Source of the DNA: Eutreptiella sp. 'Long Island Sound 2002'
Taxonomy: Eukaryota > Protista > Euglenida
NCBI GenBank assembly: GCA_964036045.1
Contig: OZ038379.1
Location: 52,576,001 to 52,640,000 of the forward strand
Reading direction: 5' to 3'
DNA length: 64,000 bases
The position numbers and the translations under genes are program-made. Shown here piece after piece: positions 51,830 through 60,986 of the stretch; within the stretch, counting starts at the first letter, position 1, and each line of letters begins with the position of its first letter. The notes beneath the pieces are model-generated. The model searched no databases. It was not told the DNA's origin and worked only from the letters and a program-made list of their open reading frames with translations.

Positions 51830-53486
51830 CTATTTCACAAACCTATCCAGTTGTGGCCTCCACCACTGGTGGCCATAGCTTGTTATACCACTCCAGAGAC
51901 TCCACTCCAGAGACCGCATGTTCGCAGACACGTCATGCCATGTGATTGTTAGCCACAATGATTTTTGCAACAGGGCTGACATTTGGCCCTGCATCACCTT
52001 GCTTCCATTTGGCGCCGTGGATGGCAGCCATTTGGACCATTCTGCCAGGTCCTCATCATAGTGACTCAAATCCAATACCACTCCTTTGCGCAGCAGCCTA
52101 AGCTCACCGGTGGGTGGGATGCTGGGCCTGCCGTGTGTCTTCTCTTGGACGCCCACATATCGCCAAGCAAGTGATGTTGAGATGCATCATGCATACAAAC
52201 AAATACTTCTGCTCCCATCAGCACAGCTTCTACATCCCAGCGAAGCTTCAGACCTGTCTATGGCTCTGAACCCACCAAAAAAGCCCTCTGTTCTGCATGT
52301 ATGGCCCATAGCTCTGCGGTTAGCCCTGCCAAGTGTCCTCCAATGGGGGCACCGCGTCTCCCTTGCATCAGTACAACGCGGCCAAAGACGGCCACAACAT
52401 TGTGAAAGAGATCCCACTGTACAAAACTGAGGACCTCTTTTTCAGTCAGGGTTCGGTATTCCTCGGACGTTGACCCTCCCAACCAATCAAGCGTCTTATC
52501 GCCTCCTTTATGCAAGGCAAAAATAAGCTCTTGGTCACACCATGATGCCCGTGCTGTCCCCATGGCAAAGCGTATGGCATCCATGCATCCATGCATACCA
52601 GGTCCCGCATCCCCACAACCACCGACAAGCCAATGGAGGTCACGGCTACACTCGCATAAAGAGAATTCGGCAGCAGCCGCAGTGTCTTGCCACACAGCTT
52701 GGCAAGACTCTGCACAGCTACATTCGAAAAAGCAAAGACAATGCGCCGCTTCAAGAGCGGGGGCATCCGGTGCTCGTTGGGGCGCTACTTCATGAGGGAA
52801 AAGGCTGTTTAACAAATTGGGGGTTGTATCATGTGTGCTCGCTCTACACCCACCTACCCTGCCCTGGGTGCGGCCCCCTTCGCCGGCTCATGGTTGTCCA
52901 CTGTGTCACACCTCGGCATTTCCTCCCTGCGTTCTGCCTCATGCACTCTAAGCCACAGTGTCTGTATGCTGAGTGCTGTGGTCTTATGCTTTGCCATCCC
53001 CAGACAATGTTTGTGTGCAATTTCGAGGATTCCTTGTGTTTGTGTTCCTTGTATGACTTTACCAAGGTCCAGTAAATGTGCATTGCATTGGTCATCAACC
53101 CACCCCCATACCGTAAAGTGCGTCCCCAACAACACGTCTCGGAGTGCATGTTCATTCTCTAGGGCGGTACAAATGCAACACATGTTGAATAGCCTCTTTT
53201 CCCAGCACCCACCCAGCAAGTTGAGACCATGCAGCACCGTGGCTTGATTATGTACACTGTCACCTACCAGCTGAGGTGACTTGTCTCTCAATTTTAGTAG
53301 GTGTAGGTCGCTCATATGGTACAGTCTGTCGCTAAACTCGTCCAACCCTGACTCGGAAAAAACTGCTGGCATGCTGACGTCACGTTCTCCGGCATTTGTG
53401 CCTAATGAAAGGTTTTGTATAGTGTGACATGTTTGGCGCACATTCAATCTGAGCTTTGATTGTGTGGGTATCAGCGCTTGCCGCAC
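51830..53486 (-). pseudogene. Degenerate Penelope-like retroelement RT (largest fragment)
   Basis: LNLLGGCWEK upstream motif, RT motif-2-like KRRIVFAF, and QGRRGAPIGGHLAGLTAELWAIHAE (motif B); frameshifted; catalytic motif C appears deleted. Confidence 0.5.
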
Positions 53487-54848
53487 ATGCTACGCAAAGG
53501 GGTGGTCTCACACGTGGTTGCACTCGTCGCAGCCTCAAGCTCTGTGTATCGCAGCACTGCCTGCCATTACTCGGCAAACCTACATATCACATATGAGCTG
53601 GTATTCGCCACACATGAGAACTGTGCAAAAAATACGTGTGCATGCACGTTGTCGGCGATGCATATCCTGAAGTAGGGCTTGCAAAAGTACCTGCCTGCTA
53701 TTATCTGACATATCCTAGCTCATACCCCATGTGTCTCTCCACCCCCTCCCACTACAGCAATCTTTATTTGCACGCGCGGTGCAGATTATCCGCTACCCAG
53801 TTGGGTGCCTGCAGTCTCTTGCTTCATCTAATTACATCGCACACTCGCGTAACCGGCGCCGGCGCACATGTAATGGTACACTCCATCAGTCGCTGCATTG
53901 GTCTTGGTAAATCCGTCCTGTTAATCACTTATGTCTCTTCACCTGTGGTTTCACCGGGTCTGTCAAGGGCAGCATTGGAATGACGAGTCTGCGTGGTACG
54001 TGAACACCAAACTCTTCCCTCACGAGCTTTGTACACCTCCTTCATAGTTCTTCAAATTGCGGTGCATTCACATTCCCTTTTGAAAAATTTACAAGATGGC
54101 ACAGATCTCCGGCGCTAATCAGATTTGTCTGTGGATTCAGCACTGTGTTGTCCTTCAGTGCCATGGACTTACATTTCCCTTAGACTGGATTCACCACCTT
54201 ATTAATCAGGGACTCCCATAGCACATTTGCGAAGTCCATGCGCGGTGCAACCTCGTTTGTGGCCGCTGAGCCGTAAGGCCCGCCGTTTGCTATCCGGCAG
54301 CGGGGGTGGAGCCCCGCTGCCGCCATCGCCGTTCCACTCTGAAGCTGACCGGCAATGGTTATGTTGGCGGATTGGCCCTGGCATACATGTGGCAACACGC
54401 GCGTTTTAGAACGAACCAAAGGCACATTTGGGAATGGCAGGTCGGTCCCTACAACCCTATAGTCGGGTTTTTCTTCCTTGGCCACAACCCGGAGATCCGG
54501 CAAAAAATAGCAAAAAATGAAACTTCACTAAACCCAATTTCGATTGCATTTTTGTGAACGGCATCGAAAAACGATTGAGACAGCATTTAGAATTTCGAAA
54601 AACTGATCTGATTGCACAGCTTGGCAAAGGGTTCAAGTTGGGGGGGAAATCGAAATTCTTGAAACACGGGGCATCTGGCAAGCGTACTCACCAGGAGCCT
54701 GCCCCGCAGGTGACTAGGGGAGGAAGTGGCACGGTGCAAGCACACACAAGCACAGGTGAGGTCCACTCTTCTCTGCCGGCACTGTACGGAAAAACTCCCG
54801 CACTCTTGGCGGTGACGGTGGTCGGCGGACGGTCCCAAAGTATGAATA

Positions 54849-56429
54849 TTATAGCGACTCCTCGGACTCTTCTTCATACATTGAGTCACTAGAGTCTACC
54901 TGCACATGCTGATAATCAAAACGTGTGACACGTCGCCCACTAGAGGAAGTAGACAACAAACGTGGTGCTTTACATAAAGAAAAAGGAGATGAAGACCTGG
55001 TTCTCTTTCTCTGCACAGGGTTGGGAAGGGAGGGCTCACCTGTGCTTGTGTGTGCTTGCACCGTGCCACTTCCTCCCCTAGTCACCTGCGGGGCAGGCTC
55101 CTGGTGAGTACGCGGCACGTTGCTCTCACCCACAATCTCAGGTGAGGTTCTGTGCACCATAAAAGAATTCAAAGCTTCACGCGCCTCATGAGAAGCGCCA
55201 ATCCTCAAATAGTGCTTGGCAAATGCTTGCATGTTGTCCCACAAACCAATTGTACTCACGACCTCGCTGGGCAACCCAAGCTGTCGGTAAAAATCCACGA
55301 AGGCGCCTCTAGTGGTGTGCGGTCCAAACACGTCAACGGGGACACCAAAACGTTTTAGCTCAGGACGAACCAAGCTAGCTATAGTGTTAGATGTCAAACC
55401 TGTGAAAGGTCGCTTGAGCGTGACAAGCAAGGGCCCACCCGGAGGCACTTGTTTAGAGGTTAGTGAGACATACTGCTGCAAAACATGCCATGGAGAATAA
55501 TTGGTATCGCGTAAAACGAGCACCTCTTCCCACCGAAAATTTCGCTGATTCTTTCGTCTAACAACAATGAAACGTCGCTCCCAAATGGAAGAAAGGTCAC
55601 GGCGAACTCGCGATAAGTCAATAGAGCGAAAAAGACCAAGGAAACGCCAAAGCAAAATTAACTTCAAGCGAAGTTGTGCAACTACATTATGATCATACGA
55701 GGTATTGAGAAAAGCCATAAACACTGGCATGGGGTCCCAAAAAGCCGCATACTTGGGTTCGGACTTATTCCAAACCTTTCGGTAAGGAGCAATCAAAGGA
55801 TGAAACTTGATCTGATCAAATCCAGGAATCAATAACAAGGCGCAATATGCGTTCAACGCATTGGATGGAGAAAAGGAATGCATATCAATCAAAAGCCCAA
55901 CAAACGCATCAAGAGGGGAATGCACGGTATAGCCACGGCGCACGGCCATGGCGTAGAGCAACGCAAACGCTGAATCATAGCGCCGCGGTGGTGGCTTCCT
56001 CAAATGACTCGAAATTTGAGCCTCCGAGAATCCCCGGGCTTGAAGGATTTCCCTGATAAAAGAATGCAAAGGAGGGGAACTCTTAGCCTCGGCATGGAGT
56101 CCAGATGGGCATTCCTGTAAAGGCCCCAACGAGGCATTATCTTGAGAACTGGCGTGCGCCTCACGTGCAACGCTGTTAATAGGGGCCACCATGACTCGGA
56201 AGCCCACATTGGAACTACTGTCATTGAGAGAACGTGTGGATTGTCCCTTAGGCGGTGCAACCAGGCCCCTATGAGAGGCCACGGCGGGTGAGCGAAAACG
56301 TGATTGACATGAGAAAGATCGCACGCTAGAGCGTTCACCATCAACGCCTGGTGATGGGGCCAACGGGAGACAAAGTGAGGTAACAGGGCGGTTGCCGGAG
56401 ATGCAAACATGTCGATGACGGGACGACAA
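54849..56429 (-). CDS. DIRS tyrosine recombinase
   Basis: Catalytic R (LFRSIDL), HxxR (PHTTRG), GLW and Y (KHYLR) present in an open frame. Confidence 0.9.
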   Translation of the reverse strand: MSSRHRHVCISGNRPVTSLCLPLAPSPGVDGERSSVRSFSCQSRFRSPAVASHRGLVAPPKGQSTRSLNDSSSNVGFRVMVAPINSVAREAHASSQDNASLGPLQECPSGLHAEAKSSPPLHSFIREILQARGFSEAQISSHLRKPPPRRYDSAFALLYAMAVRRGYTVHSPLDAFVGLLIDMHSFSPSNALNAYCALLLIPGFDQIKFHPLIAPYRKVWNKSEPKYAAFWDPMPVFMAFLNTSYDHNVVAQLRLKLILLWRFLGLFRSIDLSRVRRDLSSIWERRFIVVRRKNQRNFRWEEVLVLRDTNYSPWHVLQQYVSLTSKQVPPGGPLLVTLKRPFTGLTSNTIASLVRPELKRFGVPVDVFGPHTTRGAFVDFYRQLGLPSEVVSTIGLWDNMQAFAKHYLRIGASHEAREALNSFMVHRTSPEIVGESNVPRTHQEPAPQVTRGGSGTVQAHTSTGEPSLPNPVQRKRTRSSSPFSLCKAPRLLSTSSSGRRVTRFDYQHVQVDSSDSMYEEESEESL

Positions 56430-56457
56430 TGAGGGGACATGACTTGAAGAAGACGGT
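56000..56457 (-). CDS. DIRS pol C-terminal DNA N6-adenine methyltransferase-like domain (3' part)
   Basis: IDMFAS...FVSRW...VFAHPPWPLI...VVPMW...WWPLL, the pattern of the DIRS-associated Dam-like domain. Confidence 0.75.
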
Positions 56458-56461
56458 TATA

Positions 56462-57904
56462 TCCGTGGCATGGGCCCGAGGATATCGGCAGATATCCGTG
56501 GCATTGACCCGGGATACAGCAGCGGTGATATCCCGGGTCAATGCCACGGATATCTGCGGATATCCCGTCGCAGGGTAAGTCATGAAAAAAGTAAATTAAT
56601 CGCCGCCAACAATCCAATCACCTGGGTCACCGCAAAGACAAGGATAGGGTTGAAAAGGCCGCTGAGATTCTTTCGCGGTACCATAAAAAGGAGGAAGGTG
56701 AAAGCGGAACCTCCTAATGCTGCTATTGCTATGCCTGCTTCTCCTAAGGAAGAGAAGGCGTGACCAGTCTTTGGGTGCCAACTGCATTCTTCTTAATTGC
56801 TTCGTCACAACATTAGCATTGCATTTCCTTTTTCACCTGGACTTCCTTTTTCACCTTTTTTTGGGGTTTTTCTCAAATGCAGCCTGGGCAAAAGGAGATG
56901 GAATGCCCAACAAATCTTGACTTATTGGGGCCTTGGTAGGTGTTGCTGGGGCGGCCCATGCACGAGAACAGTACATCTCACGTTCATATACAATGCTCTC
57001 CTTCTCATTGAGCTCACGTACAGGCTCTTTCTCACTCAATTGTGTCAACGGGAAGGTTTCATACTCCTCTTCCGCAGTTAGATCAATGATCATCTTTGTA
57101 GAGGATGGAGAAGGTGTCCGGTCCTTCCGTTTCTTCTCTACTTTAACTGGACTGAGGCTAACATACACAATGTGTGAAAAGAAAAGTGCGCACAACGCAC
57201 CATGCACCCCTAAGTTGACTGCCGTGTGTCCCATGCGTTGCGCCGGCCAAACCACTCAACAACCACGAAACACCCTTTCGATCATAGGGGGAATGTTTGC
57301 CCGGCGCGCGCCCGGCGCGCTACTTTTCTATTAACTATCCCGACTTCAGCCCCAGATTTACCCTCTCATGGAGAAGCCCCCCAAGTAGACCACATTGCAC
57401 TGCACACCTTCCCTACAAAGCATGTTGCAAAATAAAGCAGGATCTGTGATTTCAACCACTCCAACTGTCATTTGTAGTGTACTTAACAAACAACATTGGT
57501 CCCACAAGTGTGGGTGTCAATACATTCATTACAATAGTGCTCCTTGCACTCATCACAAACTGCGACGGTGGAGCGCCGTTGGCAACACAACACACAAAAG
57601 ATTGTCCCGGTTTGAGACAAATCACACCTTGTACCCGTGAGAGAAAACACGTTTCGGATTTGTTCTACTCCAATTGGTGAGGCATCAAGGGCCAGGGAAG
57701 GGTTGCGCGCAAGGATCCCGGGTCAATGCCACGGATATCTGCCGATATCCTCGGGCCCCTATGCCACGGATATAAGAATTGTGCCAACTGCCACGGATAT
57801 CTGCGGATATCCCGGGTCAATGCCACGGATATCTCCCTCCGGTCGATATCCGTGGCATTGACCCGGGATATCCGCAGATATCCGTGGCATTGGCACGATT
57901 TTTG
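56462..57904. mobile_element. 1.44-kb compound insertion with GCCACGGATATC terminal arrays, TATA-flanked
   Basis: TATA at 56458-56461 and 57905-57908; ~60-bp inverted ends 56457-56516 / 57714-57775; adjacent 132-bp palindrome 57773-57904. Confidence 0.8.
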
Positions 57905-59543
57905 TATAGAATACCTCCAGGCTTAGAGAGTACTCGGAAGGGTCGAACGCCCAACGCGAAATCTCGTCGGCCTTCATTGATTTTGATGGGACTAGGCGGG
58001 GCTGAATCTGAACCTCGTTCAAGCGAAGCCACTGCAAAAAGGGACGAAGGAGCGCGTTGAGACGCGCTACCTTGCCTCCGGACTTGCTTAGGTAAGAAAA
58101 AGCGACCGAATTGTCTATGTCTAGCAAAACAAAATCTCTTGGACGTGCCAACGACATGGTGGTGTGTATCGCCGCTTCTAGCTCGTGATTGTTTATGTGC
58201 GTGGAAAATTGCCAAAAGTCGTGTACGACACGAGAGGGACACTTTAGGTCTAACCCGCCCCAACCAATTGGCGTGGCGTCCGAAGCCAAATGCACTGCAT
58301 GCTGAGGAATTGCGCGAAGAAACGGGCGACCTGGCCACTCGGTTAGTAACTCCTTGATGAGGACCACTTGGTCTCGGAGCTGTTGAGGGACGGGATGTGA
58401 CACGTCCCAACCCAACGCCGCATGGCGATTGACAAATGCGACCAAAAGGTCTGAAAAGGCGCAGAGGGCGGGAAGGGCAGGTAGAAGAGACCGAAACCGG
58501 CCTAGAATGGCGGCCACCTTGCGAGGCGTGACCACCTTCATGGTGAGGAACTTTCCCGCTTCCCTGCGATAACCCTTTCTTTTGTGATGAGGCACTAACA
58601 AGAAGCCTTTTCGCATGTCCAATTCTAAGCCGAGCGCCTCTAAGTGCTGCACGGGATCTAAGAGAGACTTGGTGAAGTTGATTACCAATCCGGCGTCCTG
58701 CAAATCTCTTAAAACCACTGGTCTCATCTTGTTGAGGTAAGCCTTCGACGGCCCGAAAATTAGTAAGTCGTCCAGATATATGAAACACACGATGCCGAGG
58801 GCTCTCCATCGGCGGGTGAAAGTTTTCATGACTTGGGTCCACAAAAACGGAAGGTAGTGGAGCCCGAAGCAAGCGCTGCGGCATTGGAAAACTTGAGATC
58901 CTATTTGAAAATTCAAAAGGTCTTCGAGGCCGGGCTCTAGACCTAGATGGAAGTAAGCGTGTTTGAGATCTATTTTCATTGCCCAATGGCCCTTCACGAG
59001 AAAAGGAAAAATGGTGCTCCAATTGTGAAGGCGGAAGTAAGGAGGGGGTCGTAGACAACGGTTCACTGGAATGCAATTGAGAATGAAACGGGGCTTGGGT
59101 TTGTAAACTACGAACCACGAAAGCAAGTTGGGAACTGCCCCTGAGCGCAACCGCACGGCGTGAACGCCCAAATATTCCTCCATAAGCTTGAGAGCGTCTT
59201 GAACCTCCTGTTGTGAGCGAGCCACGTGAGGAAACTGCCGATGGGGGGGTGGAAACACCCAATCTGCTGGAAGACCGCGACGGATTAACCGCACTACTTG
59301 AGGTGTGGCATGCGCTTGCCACCAATGAAGACGGCGGCGAAGGCGCATGAACAAAGGCTCGTGAGAGTCATTGGGAACCAACATTGGAGGGGTTGGAAGA
59401 CATGCCTTTTCCTCCGCCTTTGGAGTAACTATTGTTGTAATAGTAGGGCTTTTGACCCCAACCCTTTCCTTTTCCGAATTGTCGAAAATTAGAGCCCCAT
59501 GACCCTTTGCCACCCTTACCACCTTTTCCACCCTTAGGTGCAC
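57905..59543 (-). CDS. DIRS pol, RT-RNase H (5' part, up to the insertion)
   Basis: WFVVYKPKPRFILN, KIDLKHAYFHL, ACFGL, YLDDLLI, LASDATPIGWGG, HINNHELEA, IDNSVA, VPSKSMKADEISR. Confidence 0.92.
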
Positions 59544-60348
59544 CTGTACGAGAGAGGCGGTTTATCTTGTGAGCAAGATTGGCGGCGGCAATTTCTTCTT
59601 TATTGAACAATTGATTCGGTTGTGTGACCGAACCACGAACACTTTGTGTCTTACGAAAATCACAAATGTTTTGTTCAAGATCACTCAAGAGATGAAAAAC
59701 TTGCAAAAGCTTAGTAAAAGTATCCTCACCATCATCGGAAAGGGAAACAACACCCAAAATTCGCAATGCATGAAGGAGTTTTTGTTGCCAACCTTTATGG
59801 ACTCTATCAACTAAACCTTTGCCATCGGTTCCATGGTTATTATCTTGTGCCTTACGGGGAATAACGTCAATTATTGGAAGGTCGTCCAAGGCCTTCTTTA
59901 AATCAAAACGTGCGCATTCGGGGTCGCGAGAACGATTCCAAGCTTCAAGAAATAAACCTTCAAGAGACCACTCTAAATCATCATAAGGTAAATCCAAACC
60001 ATTTTCATCATCACCTTCAATAGGTAAAGGCGGGCCACCAATAGACCCAACTTGAGTATTTGAACTCGGCACATCGGCCAAACCCATAGCGGCTTGTGCA
60101 ATAGAATCCTCTAAGTTGACGACGGAGTCCACATTCCTGACGGTAGCCAAAGCATATAAAAATGCTTCTTTATATTTGTTCAAGTCTACCGTGACTACGG
60201 CCACCTTGGATAAAGAATAAACCAACTGGGCCAACTTGGTAGGCCGTAATTTAGTAACCCAGTGGCCCAAACCATTGTTCAGAATACCAGTTTTCCTCAA
60301 TTCAACCAAAGAATTCAAGGATAACCATAAATCCCGACGGGTAACCAT
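59368..60348 (-). CDS. DIRS gag-like ORF1 (326 aa)
   Basis: Open frame directly upstream of and overlapping pol; helical core with a G/K-rich C-terminus. Confidence 0.7.
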   Translation of the reverse strand: MVTRRDLWLSLNSLVELRKTGILNNGLGHWVTKLRPTKLAQLVYSLSKVAVVTVDLNKYKEAFLYALATVRNVDSVVNLEDSIAQAAMGLADVPSSNTQVGSIGGPPLPIEGDDENGLDLPYDDLEWSLEGLFLEAWNRSRDPECARFDLKKALDDLPIIDVIPRKAQDNNHGTDGKGLVDRVHKGWQQKLLHALRILGVVSLSDDGEDTFTKLLQVFHLLSDLEQNICDFRKTQSVRGSVTQPNQLFNKEEIAAANLAHKINRLSRTGAPKGGKGGKGGKGSWGSNFRQFGKGKGWGQKPYYYNNSYSKGGGKGMSSNPSNVGSQ

Positions 60349-60808
60349 AGTAGTCCCAGAACCCGGAAAATTCAGTGTGGCTGGGGTCCTCCAATAGTGA
60401 AATCACCATATCCGACGTATAACTTGAATAATCCATCAGGCTTGAAAATAAAGTTGAATAGGCCCAATTCAACACTACCCCACCAAATCAAGGAATCCCG
60501 GACAAAAAGTCTAAGTGTGAAGAGATGATGCGGATGGCCCAAGGGACCCTACGGGATGACAAAAATGCGATCTCTTCACACTTGCCTAGTGTTAGGGGTG
60601 GTTTTTCGGGCAAAATCGTGACGGATGGCACACCCAGCACCCTGCTCTGTCCAAATCCCTCTGAAATGACAAATGCTCACATCATGCAACAATGTAGGAC
60701 ACAATGTAATGTCGATTTCTTCGATTTAGTGCACATAAATGATCATCCAATGTCTTTCAACCATTGCAATCACATCGGTAGTCCGATTTGCCCCCCACAC
60801 ATGTGTCA

Positions 60809-60832
60809 TTAGGGTTAGGGTTAGGGTTAGGG
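60809..60832 (+). repeat. Interstitial telomeric-type (TTAGGG)4
   Basis: Four exact copies; degenerate copies near 60591 and 60919. Confidence 0.85.
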
Positions 60833-60986
60833 TCTGCTAAATTTGCTTTTACTCCCAAAGGGCCCACCATTATCATAGAGTTCTCCCTTGTACCAAAGAA
60901 AAGAGTAGGGAACCATCATTTAGGGCTAGGGTTGGTTCCTCCGCAACACCACATTGGCTCCAGTTCACGGTTAGGCTCATTCCACC

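Larger units (their letters stand above)
54682..60348 (-). mobile_element. DIRS-type tyrosine-recombinase retrotransposon (5' terminus not located)
   Basis: gag, RT-RNase H, MTase-like domain and YR in overlapping frames; 79-bp perfect inverted repeat 54682-54760 / 55035-55113. Confidence 0.9.

Noticed and set aside
56462-57904. Insertion removed as an intron
   Set aside because: Ends on the coding strand are CA...GA, not GT/GC-AG, and I see no euglenid non-conventional CAG/CTG end pairing
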